Positions 30,756-42,166 of a DNA stretch of 64,000 bases are shown here, one piece after another. Positions within the stretch are counted from its first letter, which is position 1; every line of letters begins with the position of its first letter. The DNA lies in contig NZ_JAQNDL010000003.1 in assembly GCF_028368995.1 (NCBI RefSeq), forward strand, positions 1,984,001-2,048,000, read 5' to 3'. The notes below the pieces were generated by a model. It was not told where the DNA came from. It ran no database searches and saw only the letters and a program-made list of their open reading frames with translations. The translations under genes were made by a program, and so were the position numbers. Source of the DNA: Nannocystis bainbridge (GTDB lineage: Bacteria; Myxococcota_A; Polyangia; Nannocystales; Nannocystaceae).

Positions 30756-33085
30756 TCGCCCTCGCCCTCGCCGCCAGCCTCCTCGCCGCCGCCCCGGCCT
30801 CCGATCAGGCCGCGGTCCGGACCAGCGTGCAGGGCACGCTGCGCAGCGCCGGCGAGCGCCTCCCCGTCGCCGGCGCGCGGGTCTTCGCCAGCGCGCGTCG
30901 CGGCCGCGCCTGGGTCCGCGAGGCCGTGTCTGACGGCGAAGGCCGCTTCCTCCTCCACGACCTGCCGAGCCGCGACTTCGTGCTCGTCATCGTCGCCGCT
31001 GGCCATCAGCGCTTCGAGCAGCCGACCCCTGCCGCCTACTGGTCGCGCCGCAAGCCGCCGACCATCTTCCTCCAGCCGCAGGGCGCCGGCGGCTATCGCA
31101 CGATCGTCGAGCAGGAGCGGATCACCCGTCCCAGCCCCGTCAGCACCAAGCTCTCGCCCGAGGAGATCGCCAACCTCCCCGGCAGCCAGGGCGACCCACT
31201 GCGCGCCTTGCAAAACCTCCCCGGCGTCGCCCGCGTCCCTGGCGGCCTCGGCCTCCTCATCCTCCGCGGCGCCGCCCCCAATCAATCCCAGGTGTTCTTC
31301 GGCGAGCACCCCCTGCCCCGCGCCTTCCATATCCCCGGCCTCGCCAGCATCGTCCCCGCCGGCGTCCTCGGCGGCATCGAATACGTGCCCGGCAACTTCT
31401 CCGCCCATTACGGCAACGCCACCGGCGGCATCATTCACATGACCCCGCGCGTCGGCCGGCGCGACGGCATCCACGGTCAGGCCAAGCTCGACTTCATCTC
31501 CGCCGGCGCCCGCCTCGAGGGCCCGTTCGGCAGGGGCGGCTCGTTCATCCTCGCGGCCCAGCGCGGCTACCTCGACCTCGCCCTCAAGGCCCTGCCCGAC
31601 GACGCCACCAACGGCCTGCCTGCCATCAATCCGCGCTACCACGATTATCAATTCATCCTCGACCACCCCGCCGGCCGCGGCGGCACCGTGACCATGCGAT
31701 TCCTCGGCGCCGCCGACAACTTCAAGTTCCGCGCGGCCTACAGCGACGGCGAAGGCATCTCAATGCAGAGCGGCTTCCACCGGGTCGACCTCGCCTACCG
31801 CAAGCGCCACGGCCGCTGGGACTTCCTGCTGGCCCCCGCGCTGCGATTCGACCGCACCGAGCTCGACGCCGGCTGGGAGTTCAACCGGCGCCGCAACGAC
31901 ATCGTCGGTCTCCTGCGCGCCGAGGCCAGCGTCCGGCCGTGGCGCCCGCTCCTGCTCACCCTCGGCCTCGACACCCAGCTCGACCGCTACCGCTCGTTTC
32001 GCCGCGCCCGCGGCGGCGAGGACAACCTCCTCGTCGACGACCGCACGCGCGGCTTCCTCACCGGCACCGGCGTCTACCTGCACTCGCAGCTCGAGCTCGG
32101 GCGCTACGCCCTCGTCGCCGGCGCCCGCTTCAACGTGTTCACCGGCGAGAGCAACGCCGCGCACGCCGTCGATCCGCGGCTCCTGCTGCGCTACGACCCG
32201 CACGAGCGGGTCCGCATCCAGCTCGCCGCCGGCATGTATTCGCAGGCCAGCTATCGCCGCGACAACGCCAGCGCGGGCCTCTTCAGCCAGTGGGGCGCCC
32301 CCGACATGCCGCTCGGCGGGCCCACCGTCTACTCCGGCGATATCATGGCAGTGTTCCCGGCCGCCATTCGCTCCCTCGATCCCCAGCTCGAGTTCGATCC
32401 GCAGGGGCGGATCGCCGCCAGTCGAGCCGTCCAGTACAGCGCCAGCCTCCACGTCGATCTCACCGAGAGCATCAAGCTCGACACCACGGTGTTCCATCGC
32501 AATTTCCGCGCCAACACCCCCGCGGAGCCCGACATCCCGGAGTTTCCCGACACCCGCACCACCACCACCGGCGTCGAGGTCATGCTGCGCCACGACCTCA
32601 CCGCCCGGCTGTTCGGGTGGATCGCGTACACGTGGATGCACGCGACGACCACGGTCTCGTTCCCCGAGACGTACGCCTCGCTGAAGTTCCCCAGCGACTT
32701 CGACCAACGCCACAACCTCGTCATGCTGGTCGGCTACAAGCTGCCGCGCCGCTGGTCGATCGCCGGCCGGTTCCGCCTCGTCTCCGGCCTGCCCTACACC
32801 CCGTTCATCGGCGCGATCGAGGGCGACGGCACCCACGCCCTCGAGTACGCGCCGCTGTTCGGCACCACCAACGGCGCCCGCATGCCGGTGTTCCACCAGC
32901 TCGACCTCCGCATCGATCGCACGTGGATCTTGCAACGCTGCGTGGTCGGGGCCTACCTCGACGTGATGAACGTGTACAACCACCAGAACGCCGAGGGCAT
33001 CATCTATTCGCCAGACTTCTCGCGCACCAAGACGGCCGTCGGCCTGCCGATCCTGCCGGTCCTCGGCGTGCAGGTCAGCTACTGA
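30752..33085 (+). CDS. TonB-dependent receptor (copy 2)
   Basis: Same architecture and long identical blocks with 27191-29473; ends 'LPILPVLGVQVSY'. Confidence 0.9.
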   Translation: MIALALAASLLAAAPASDQAAVRTSVQGTLRSAGERLPVAGARVFASARRGRAWVREAVSDGEGRFLLHDLPSRDFVLVIVAAGHQRFEQPTPAAYWSRRKPPTIFLQPQGAGGYRTIVEQERITRPSPVSTKLSPEEIANLPGSQGDPLRALQNLPGVARVPGGLGLLILRGAAPNQSQVFFGEHPLPRAFHIPGLASIVPAGVLGGIEYVPGNFSAHYGNATGGIIHMTPRVGRRDGIHGQAKLDFISAGARLEGPFGRGGSFILAAQRGYLDLALKALPDDATNGLPAINPRYHDYQFILDHPAGRGGTVTMRFLGAADNFKFRAAYSDGEGISMQSGFHRVDLAYRKRHGRWDFLLAPALRFDRTELDAGWEFNRRRNDIVGLLRAEASVRPWRPLLLTLGLDTQLDRYRSFRRARGGEDNLLVDDRTRGFLTGTGVYLHSQLELGRYALVAGARFNVFTGESNAAHAVDPRLLLRYDPHERVRIQLAAGMYSQASYRRDNASAGLFSQWGAPDMPLGGPTVYSGDIMAVFPAAIRSLDPQLEFDPQGRIAASRAVQYSASLHVDLTESIKLDTTVFHRNFRANTPAEPDIPEFPDTRTTTTGVEVMLRHDLTARLFGWIAYTWMHATTTVSFPETYASLKFPSDFDQRHNLVMLVGYKLPRRWSIAGRFRLVSGLPYTPFIGAIEGDGTHALEYAPLFGTTNGARMPVFHQLDLRIDRTWILQRCVVGAYLDVMNVYNHQNAEGIIYSPDFSRTKTAVGLPILPVLGVQVSY

Positions 33086-33443
33086 GCCCTCAGGCCCGGC
33101 GACATCGCCACGTAGACCAGGCCCACGACCGAGCTCGCAATACGAGCGATGTCCGGGTCCGTCGACAACATGTCCTTTCGACCAGATCGCATCGGCCCCC
33201 GGTCGAGCGATCGACCTGTCCCAAAGTACATCCCCCGGCGGCGCCCTCGACCCGGGTAAGGAGCAGCACGAGACCCCGCCACTCGCACCTTCGCCGACCC
33301 CGACGTCGAACCCGGCCCGTTCGCCGCGGCAGGCGGCGGCGCGCGGCCTCGCGCCGGCGAATCCTCTCGCGGGACCGCGTCAGGCGCCGGGGGCTCGCCG
33401 CGTATACTCGGCCCGACCTGTCCCCGCAGACAGGAGGAGCCTC

Positions 33444-34676
<1,233 letters not shown>

Positions 34677-34881
34677 GCCCGCGCTGCCGACATTCCCCGA
34701 GGGACATGCTCCATCGAGCATGTCCCTTCGATCATGTCCTGAATCCTGGGTCTCCGGCCCAGGAGGCGGTCGGACGACGCCGGCCCGCCGCAACGGCCGC
34801 GCTCGATGGTTCGCGGCCGCCTCGCCGTGAGCGACCGCCGCGCCGTTGCTCCGCCGCGCGGCCCGGCCCAGAGATCCGCGC

Positions 34882-36075
34882 ATGATGGGCGGTCTGAATC
34901 TCGGAAATATCAAGGGTGTGCGGATCTCCGCCGATTGGAGCCTGTTCGTCGCCCTGTGGCTGGTCGCGGTCAGCCTCGCGCTCGGCTCGTTCCCCACCTG
35001 GCACCCCGAGTGGGGCGGCGGCCTGCGCTGGGGCGTCGCCTGCCTCGCCGCCGTGCTGCTGTTCGCCTCGGTGCTGGTCCACGAGCTGTCGCACGCCCTC
35101 GTCGCGCGCAGCTACGGCCTCGAGGTGCGCAGCATCAACCTGTTCGTGTTCGGCGGCGTCGCCAACATCGAGCGCGAGCCGGAGACCCCGCGCGCCGAGC
35201 TGATGATCGCGATCGTCGGCCCGCTCACCAGCATCGGCCTCGGCCTGCTGTTCATGCTGCTCGGCGGCTGGCTCGCCCGCCTCGGCGGCGACCCCGAGCG
35301 ACTGCTGCGCGACCTCGGTCCGGGCGCGACGCTGCTGTTCTGGCTCGGGCCGCTCAACCTGTTCCTCGGCCTCTTCAACCTGCTGCCGGGCTTCCCGCTC
35401 GACGGCGGGCGGATCTTGCGGGCCCTGCTGTGGCGCGCGACGGGCGACCTGCAAGCGGCCACGCGCTGGGCCTCGCTGGCGGGCCAGACGATCGGCTTCG
35501 CGCTGGTGTTCGCCGGGCTGGCGATGATCTTCGGCGCCCGCCTGCCATGGCTCGGCACCGGCGTGGTCTCCGGCCTGTGGATCAGCGTGATCGGGTGGTT
35601 CCTCGCCAGCGCGGCGGCGATGAGCTACCGCCAGCTGGTGATCCTCCACCTCGTCGAGGGCGTGCCGGTGCGACGATTGATGCGCCGCGAGGTCGCCGCC
35701 GTGCCGCCGAACCTGCCGGTCGCCCGCCTGGTCGACGATTACCTGATGCGCAGCGATCAACGGGCCTTCCCGGTGCTCGCCGGCGAGCGGCTGGCCGGCA
35801 TCGTCTGCCTCGACGACGTGCGCGTGGTCGACCGCGACGTGTGGAGCGACGTCGACGTCGGCACCATCATGACCCCGGCCGCCGCGCTCGAGACCGTGCG
35901 CTCGGGTGACGAGCTGACCGTGGCCATGCGGGCCTTCAGCCGCAAGGACGTCGAGCAATTGCCGGTCGTCGACGACGAGCGGCTGGTCGGCGTGCTGCGC
36001 CGGCGCGACATCCTCAAGTGGCTCGAGCTGCAGGCCCCCCGCAGCGAGCGGCCGGTCCACCCGCGACCGGCCTGA
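34882..36075 (+). CDS. Site-2 protease (M50) with CBS domain pair
   Basis: 'VHELSH' zinc motif, 'FNLLPGFPLDGGRIL', C-terminal CBS repeats. Confidence 0.93.
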   Translation: MMGGLNLGNIKGVRISADWSLFVALWLVAVSLALGSFPTWHPEWGGGLRWGVACLAAVLLFASVLVHELSHALVARSYGLEVRSINLFVFGGVANIEREPETPRAELMIAIVGPLTSIGLGLLFMLLGGWLARLGGDPERLLRDLGPGATLLFWLGPLNLFLGLFNLLPGFPLDGGRILRALLWRATGDLQAATRWASLAGQTIGFALVFAGLAMIFGARLPWLGTGVVSGLWISVIGWFLASAAAMSYRQLVILHLVEGVPVRRLMRREVAAVPPNLPVARLVDDYLMRSDQRAFPVLAGERLAGIVCLDDVRVVDRDVWSDVDVGTIMTPAAALETVRSGDELTVAMRAFSRKDVEQLPVVDDERLVGVLRRRDILKWLELQAPRSERPVHPRPA

Positions 36076-36221
36076 TCGGCCCGCGGGCGCGCGAGCCGGC
36101 GACAGGTGGCCGGCGCGCACTCGCCACGGCGCCGCTCGCTACATTCATGATTGCCCCGCACGCTGGCCCGCCGCGGCGCGTCGGCGGTGGCACGAATCGC
36201 AAATCGTCCAACGCTGCGGCC

Positions 36222-36878
36222 ATGTCATTCACCAAGATCTCTCTCCCGCTGACCGTCGCGCTCGCCCTGGCGCTCCCGGGCGTCGCCGCCGCCGAAACCT
36301 CGCCCACCCCGCCGCCGCCGGGCACGGTCCCCGGCGCTCCCACCAATCCGAACCCGACGACGCCGCCGACCCACAACACCGAGGCCAACCCCACCAATGT
36401 GAACACCGACGATCTCTCCGACGCGGAGATCCTCATGGTGATCGAGACGATCAGCGACCGCACCGCCGAGCACAATCGCCGGGCCCAGAAGTCGGTCAAG
36501 CACAAGCGCGCCAAGAAATACGCCGACAACCGGGTCAAGCACGCCAAGGCGGCCAAGAAGCGGCAGACCGCCATGCGCAACCGCCACAAGCTCAAGCCGC
36601 AGCCCAGCGAGTTCGTCACCGCCTACGGGATCGCCATCGACGGGTCCTACAAGGACCTCGACACCGCCGCGAAGGGCCCCGAGTTCGACACCACCTACAT
36701 CGACGACGAGATCCAGGTGCTCACCGACGTGCTCGACGCGGTCGACCGCAAGTTCATGCCCAGCGTCGACCTGCCCGAGCTGCGCGACGAGCTCAACACG
36801 GTCCGCGCCCAGGTCGCCGCCGACCTCGTGGAGGCCGAGGCGATCCGCGGCGCCCTGCGCGCCCAGCCGGCCGCCTGA
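36222..36878 (+). CDS. Secreted DUF4142-like (ferritin-fold) protein
   Basis: Signal peptide, Pro/Thr linker, 'LSDAEIL', 'KGPEFDTTYIDDEI'. Confidence 0.7.
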   Translation: MSFTKISLPLTVALALALPGVAAAETSPTPPPPGTVPGAPTNPNPTTPPTHNTEANPTNVNTDDLSDAEILMVIETISDRTAEHNRRAQKSVKHKRAKKYADNRVKHAKAAKKRQTAMRNRHKLKPQPSEFVTAYGIAIDGSYKDLDTAAKGPEFDTTYIDDEIQVLTDVLDAVDRKFMPSVDLPELRDELNTVRAQVAADLVEAEAIRGALRAQPAA

Positions 36879-36899
36879 CGCTCGCCGCGCACGCCAGCG

Positions 36900-37427
36900 T
36901 CACCCGGGCACGCGGACCACGACGGCCTCGCTCGCTGCGGCGCAATACGGGCCGCACTCGGTGCCGTTGGGCCAATTGCCGACGTACGTGGGTCGATGGG
37001 TCCCCTGCGCCTGCACCGTGCCGTCGCGGGTCACGGTGATCGTGAGCTCGTCGGGGCCGGTGACGGCTCCTCCGTCCTCGCGGATTTCGGTGAGCGCGAG
37101 GGCGAGGCCGTCGCCTTCATGGGTGGCGTCGACGTCCCAGCGCACCGGCTCCCCCTCGAGCTCGCCCATCGCCGTGAGCGAATCGCGGTCACAGGCAGCG
37201 TCGGGCGGCTCGGCGGTCGCCAGCGTGCACTCCCACTCGAGGACCACGGCCGCCGATTGCAGGCGGAAGTGATAATCGCCGGGCCGAAGCGAGCCCCCCG
37301 CCGTCCCCTCGTCGACGACGCGGATCCACGGCTCCACGGCGCAGCCCGACTGCGTGCACACCTCCGGCTCGCTGCAGGCCGCCACGACCAGGACAGCCAG
37401 CGCCCGGTACCTCCAGGACGGTCCCAT
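36900..37427 (-). CDS. Hypothetical lipoprotein
   Basis: Lipobox 'VVAAC', 'CTQSGC' and C-terminal 'PNGTECGPYC'. Start overlaps the upstream stop (TGATG). Confidence 0.7.
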   Translation of the reverse strand: MGPSWRYRALAVLVVAACSEPEVCTQSGCAVEPWIRVVDEGTAGGSLRPGDYHFRLQSAAVVLEWECTLATAEPPDAACDRDSLTAMGELEGEPVRWDVDATHEGDGLALALTEIREDGGAVTGPDELTITVTRDGTVQAQGTHRPTYVGNWPNGTECGPYCAAASEAVVVRVPG

Positions 37428-37918
37428 CAATCGTCCCATACGACCAGGACCTTGCGCTGCTGCCACCATTGCTCGAGCGTGCGCCCCGGGTCGGCGACGC
37501 AGGCGATCGTGAGCGGGCTGAGTCGCACGCTGATCGGGTGCGACGCCTTGCCGTCATACGTGCCGATGTCGACCACCGCGGCGCCGGCCAGCTGCAGCTC
37601 GTGGCGCCGCAGATACTCGCGGATCGCCGGCACCTGCAGGTCGACGCCCGTGGTCGCCTCCGCGTGCGGGTTGCGCAGGGTCTTGGCCAGCGCGATCAGC
37701 TCCGAGAGATCGGCCGGATGGGCGGCGAAGTTCGCCGCGTAACTTTGATAATAGACCGACTCCAGCGCGTCCTCCTGGCGCACGAATTCGCCGTCGACCT
37801 CGTAGCCGATCGCCCACCGGTCCTCGCCGTATTTGCGGTCCCACTCGCGCTGCCGCGCCGTGCGCTGCTTTTCGCCGCCCGCCTTGCCGAGCCGGCGCTC
37901 GGCCACTCGCCAGCCCAT
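37427..37918 (-). CDS. Hypothetical soluble protein
   Basis: 163 aa with normal globular composition, tightly packed between neighbours (1-nt gap, TGATG overlap). Confidence 0.7.
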   Translation of the reverse strand: MGWRVAERRLGKAGGEKQRTARQREWDRKYGEDRWAIGYEVDGEFVRQEDALESVYYQSYAANFAAHPADLSELIALAKTLRNPHAEATTGVDLQVPAIREYLRRHELQLAGAAVVDIGTYDGKASHPISVRLSPLTIACVADPGRTLEQWWQQRKVLVVWDD

Positions 37919-37919
37919 C

Positions 37920-40277
37920 TCAGCCGTCCTTCGTCCCGCCCTCGCCCTTGTCGTCGAGGAGGTGCGTCAGGGCGTGTCCGGAGGGCAAGATCGCCTCGCT
38001 CACCAGATCCAGCAGCGGCGGATCGTCGCTCGGCCTGGGCGCCGGGACCTCGGGCTTCACGACCTCGGGCGCGTCGGGCACGAACGTCACCGCGACCTCG
38101 AGCCCCGGCGACGCCTGTGGCTCCTCGAGCCGCGAAGGCTCCGTCGGCGTCGATTCAGTCACCTGAATCACCGGCGCCTCATCGCTCGCTCGCGAAGCCT
38201 CCGCCGCCCGCACGCCGGGCGACGATTCGCCCATCCGCGTCGGCAGCACCCCGGGCGCCTCCACCTTCGGTTCGAACGCCCGCGTCGGCAGCTCGCCCGG
38301 CGCCTCGACCTTCGGCGTCACCAGCGGCGCCACGTTCGACTCGTGCGTCACCGTCGTCCCGGCCGGCGCGCTGATGAACACGTGCCGCACCAGCTCCGGC
38401 GCCCCTGGCCCCGACCCGCGCAGCACCGTCCGCTCCGCGCTGCGCGGCGCTCCCGGCGGCGCGAACCTCGGCACCTCCGCCACCCGCCCCGAGCCCGACT
38501 CGCCCGGCAGCAGCGTGCGCGGGGCCAACAGCAGGTCTCCCGGCGTCCGCCCGCCCGACGGCATGTCGACCGCGAACAGCCCACGACGCCCGCTGCCCGA
38601 CTCGCCCGGCAGCAGCGTCGTCCCGCCTAGCACCGGCCCGTCCGGCACCACCGTCATGCCGGTCACCACCGGCCCCTCGGGCACCACCGTCATGCCGGTC
38701 ACCACCGGCCCCTCCGGCACCACCGGCTCCTCCGGCGGCAGCGTCTTGCCGTCCGGCCCCGTCCATGCATCGACCCGCTCGCCCGGCGACGACGGCGGCA
38801 CTGCCACCATTCGCTCGCCTTCGCCCGCCGGCAACCTCGTGACCTCCACCGGCGCCTCACTCGCTACGTCCGCCGCGCCGAGCACGGCGCCCGCGAGCAC
38901 GACCCCGCTCCCCGGCTTCACGCCGAGCACCTCGTCGACCGTCGGCGCCCGCGCCACCATCCGAGCCGGCCCCGCAGACATGTCCTTGCCGCCATGTCCC
39001 GAAGCACCGGTCCCGACGGACATGTCCTTCTCACCATGCCCCGAAGCACCCTTCCCTTCGGACATGTCCTCCGAGACATGCGCGTGCCCCAGCGGCGACA
39101 CCGCCACCCCGAACGCCACGCAGGTCGTCGCCACCGCCGCGAACACCAGCGTCACCAGCGACTCCGTGCCCGGCACCGCCGCCGCGTGGGGCAGCGCCGC
39201 CAGCCCGGCGACCAGCATCCCGCGCGGCCAGCCCAGCGCCAGGGCCGAGAACGTGCGCTCGTCGACCCCGCGCAGCACCAGCCGCGCCGCCAGCAGGCGC
39301 AGCACCACCAGCAGCAGCCCGAGCACGATCCCCATCGCCAGCAGCCCCCACGGCGGCCCCAGGTTCATGCCGAGGTACGTAAACAGCAGCACCCGCGTGA
39401 TCTCGACCGTGCGCGCGTGGTCGTCGAGCGCCGAGCGGAAATCTTCGTCGGCCGCCTCGACGATCGTTCCGCGCGGCCGGAACAGCGCCCCCACCAGCGG
39501 CCCCGCGTTGCTGACGACCGCGCCGAACACCAGCACCGCCAGCGCCCCGATCCCGCCGAGCGTGTCGGTCACCACGTACAGCGCCAGGATCGCCGCCAGC
39601 GTGTACGGATAGACCCCGCGGCCCGGGCCGACGCGGCGGATCGCCGTGATCCACAGCAGCCCGGCGAACGCCCCGAACGCCAGGCCCAGGCCGAAGCCGG
39701 CGGCGATCGCCGCGTACGCCTTGCCCACCGGCACGCGCAGGCTCAGCAGGTCGATGCAGAACGCCGTCGCCGCGATCGCCAGCGCCCCGGTCAGCGCCGC
39801 CTCGCGCTCGAGCGCCGCCACCAGGCCCGGGTGCGCCCGCCGGTACAGCGTCGGCGCGAACACCTCGGGCGCGGTGCACAGCATCAGCGCCCCGAGCATG
39901 AACGCGTGCGTCCAGCTCCACACCGGCAGCAGGTGCAGCCCCGACAGCGCCTGGCTGAACAGCGCCACCAGCGGCACCACCAGCGCCGCCCCGGCCAGCG
40001 CCAGCTTGCGCGCGCGCACGACCTGCTCGCTGGCTGCCCCGAAGACCATGTCGCGGCCGGCCTCGAACAGCACGATGATCACCGCGATCGCGGCGAAGAA
40101 CGGCGCCAGCGCGGCGATCGTCGCCGGCGGCACCAGCCCCGTGGCGCGCAGCACCACCCCGAGCACGATCAGCCACGCCGCCTCGGGCACGTTGGTGCGC
40201 AGCGCCAGCGGGCGCACCGCCGCCGCGGCGGCCAACAGACAGGCGATGGCGACGAGAAAGACGGTGACGGGCGCCAT
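37920..40277 (-). CDS. Cation:proton antiporter (NhaP/CPA1-like) with long low-complexity C-terminal tail
   Basis: About 12 hydrophobic segments, 'VPEAAWLIVLG', 'IIVLFEAG', 'PRGMLVAGLA'; then roughly 380 aa Pro/Gly/Glu-rich tail with internal repeats. Confidence 0.75.
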   Translation of the reverse strand: MAPVTVFLVAIACLLAAAAAVRPLALRTNVPEAAWLIVLGVVLRATGLVPPATIAALAPFFAAIAVIIVLFEAGRDMVFGAASEQVVRARKLALAGAALVVPLVALFSQALSGLHLLPVWSWTHAFMLGALMLCTAPEVFAPTLYRRAHPGLVAALEREAALTGALAIAATAFCIDLLSLRVPVGKAYAAIAAGFGLGLAFGAFAGLLWITAIRRVGPGRGVYPYTLAAILALYVVTDTLGGIGALAVLVFGAVVSNAGPLVGALFRPRGTIVEAADEDFRSALDDHARTVEITRVLLFTYLGMNLGPPWGLLAMGIVLGLLLVVLRLLAARLVLRGVDERTFSALALGWPRGMLVAGLAALPHAAAVPGTESLVTLVFAAVATTCVAFGVAVSPLGHAHVSEDMSEGKGASGHGEKDMSVGTGASGHGGKDMSAGPARMVARAPTVDEVLGVKPGSGVVLAGAVLGAADVASEAPVEVTRLPAGEGERMVAVPPSSPGERVDAWTGPDGKTLPPEEPVVPEGPVVTGMTVVPEGPVVTGMTVVPDGPVLGGTTLLPGESGSGRRGLFAVDMPSGGRTPGDLLLAPRTLLPGESGSGRVAEVPRFAPPGAPRSAERTVLRGSGPGAPELVRHVFISAPAGTTVTHESNVAPLVTPKVEAPGELPTRAFEPKVEAPGVLPTRMGESSPGVRAAEASRASDEAPVIQVTESTPTEPSRLEEPQASPGLEVAVTFVPDAPEVVKPEVPAPRPSDDPPLLDLVSEAILPSGHALTHLLDDKGEGGTKDG

Positions 40278-40400
40278 GGGGGACCGTCAGTGTGCCACAG
40301 CGCCCGCGCCTCGCGGCCGGCAGTCACCGCCGCCCACCGGGCCCGAGCGAGCGCCTGGCCGCCGCTCGCGCCACGAGCGAGCCGCGACGCCCCGCGCTGG

Positions 40401-40958
40401 TTATCGACGCGCGGCCAGCCGGCGCGCGAAGTAGAGCCCCGCGTAGACCTTGAGGTCGATGTGGTGGCCCTGGGCGACGCGGTCGTCGAGCCAGGCCTCG
40501 ACCTCGGCGAGCGGCACCTCGAACACGGTGATCTGCTCGTTGCCGTCGCCGCCCCCGGGGCCGACCTTGCGCAGGCCGGAGGCGAGGAAGATGGTGATGC
40601 ACTCGCTCGTCAGCCCGGGCGAGCTCGGGCCGTGGGCGACTTGCTCGATCTGGCTCGCCTCGTAACCTGTCTCTTCGACCAGCTCACGATTCGCCGCCGT
40701 CGCGGTCTCCTCCGCCTCGTCGCCGGGCGTATCGCCGACCAGCCCGGCCGGCAGCTCGACCGCGATCCCGCCGAGCGCCGGCCGCGGCTGCTCGATGAGC
40801 ACCAGCCGCCCGTCGTCGGTCACCGCCACGATCGCCGCGGCCCCGCGGGCCCCGCGGCGCTCCACGTACTCCCACTTGCCGCGGCGCACCAGGCGCAAGA
40901 AGCGCCCGTCGCCAATCGTCTCGGTCGCCGGATGGGTCGCTTCCTGCAGGCTCGACAT
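40401..40958 (-). CDS. NUDIX hydrolase (ADP-ribose pyrophosphatase-like)
   Basis: Nudix box 'ELPAGLVGD...AANRELVEETGY' and 'SPG' motif. Confidence 0.9.
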   Translation of the reverse strand: MSSLQEATHPATETIGDGRFLRLVRRGKWEYVERRGARGAAAIVAVTDDGRLVLIEQPRPALGGIAVELPAGLVGDTPGDEAEETATAANRELVEETGYEASQIEQVAHGPSSPGLTSECITIFLASGLRKVGPGGGDGNEQITVFEVPLAEVEAWLDDRVAQGHHIDLKVYAGLYFARRLAARR

Positions 40959-41052
40959 CCCCCCGACTATCGCAGCCGCGCCGCCCTTTGGCCAGGGCTG
41001 CCGGTCACGCCCGACCCCGACCTTCACCCGGTGCGCGGGTCCGGGTAGCCTC

Positions 41053-42126
41053 ATGCGAGTGACGGCCGCCCGCCTGCTCAGCCTCGACGCCCTGCGCGGC
41101 CTCGCCGTCGTGTTGATGATGGAGCAGCACATGGCCGTGTGGCTGTGGCGCTCCGACCCTGGCCTCTCGCCGATCGCGCAGGCGCCGGTGCTGATGGCCT
41201 TGAACGGCCTCGGGGGCCTCGCCGCGCCGACCTTCATCACCCTCGCCGGCGCCGGCACCAGCTTCCTCGCGCGCAGCCGCACCACCGGCCTCGACGCGAT
41301 CCTGGTCCGCCGCGGCCTCATCGTCATGGCCTTCGGCTGGCTGCTCAACCTGCTCACCCCGAGCTGGTTCTCCGCCGGCTCGTGGTTCGTCCTCCACCTC
41401 ATGGGCGTGGGCATGGTCACCGCCCCGCTGTGGCGGCGCCTGTCCGATCGGGCATTGCTCTTCGGACAGGCGATGTTCCTGCTCGCCGCGCCGTTCGTGC
41501 AGCACTGGCTCGTCACGCCCGAGCTGCTCGTCAACGATCGCATGCGCCGCCTCGACCTCGCCGGCGGCCCGCTGCGCCTCGCCCTCGCCGAGGGCCAGTT
41601 CCCGATCGTCCCGTGGCTCGGCCTGTTCCTCGGCGGCATCGTCGTCGGTCGCTGGCTGCAGCAGCGCCGCACCGCGCCGATCCTGCGCATGGCGAGCGTG
41701 CTGCTCGTCACCGGTGTCGCCCTCGCCGCCGTCGGCCTGCGGCTCGGACCCCACGAGGGCGTGTGGCACCGCCTGTTCCAGATCCGCCTGAGCTTCTACC
41801 CGGCCACGCCAGCGATCGTCATGTTGCTCCAGTCGGGCACGCTGCTCCTCTTGCTCGCCGCCCTCGCGCTCGAGCGACGCGGCAAACTCGACGAGCGCGG
41901 CTGGCTCGTCCCGCTCGGCCGCGCCTCGCTCACGCTGCTGCTGGTCCACGTCGTCGTCTTTCGCGAGCTGACACGACCGCTCGGCGCGTGGCAGGCCTTC
42001 AGCTCAGAGGTCGCGCTCACCATCGTCGCGATCTGGGTGATCTTGTGCGCGCTCGCTGCGCGCCTGTGGCAGCGCGTTGGCTATCGCTACGGCGCCGAGT
42101 GGCTGCTCCGGATCTTCGGCGGTTAA
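41053..42126 (+). CDS. DUF1624/HGSNAT-like membrane acyltransferase-family protein
   Basis: 'RLLSLDALRGLAVVLMMEQH', 'AAPTFITLAG', 'FPIVPWLG', 'LGRASLTLLLVH'; multi-TM. Confidence 0.8.
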   Translation: MRVTAARLLSLDALRGLAVVLMMEQHMAVWLWRSDPGLSPIAQAPVLMALNGLGGLAAPTFITLAGAGTSFLARSRTTGLDAILVRRGLIVMAFGWLLNLLTPSWFSAGSWFVLHLMGVGMVTAPLWRRLSDRALLFGQAMFLLAAPFVQHWLVTPELLVNDRMRRLDLAGGPLRLALAEGQFPIVPWLGLFLGGIVVGRWLQQRRTAPILRMASVLLVTGVALAAVGLRLGPHEGVWHRLFQIRLSFYPATPAIVMLLQSGTLLLLLAALALERRGKLDERGWLVPLGRASLTLLLVHVVVFRELTRPLGAWQAFSSEVALTIVAIWVILCALAARLWQRVGYRYGAEWLLRIFGG

Positions 42127-42166
42127 AACGCTGACGACGTTGCCGGCGCATGCTCTGGTCGCGCCT

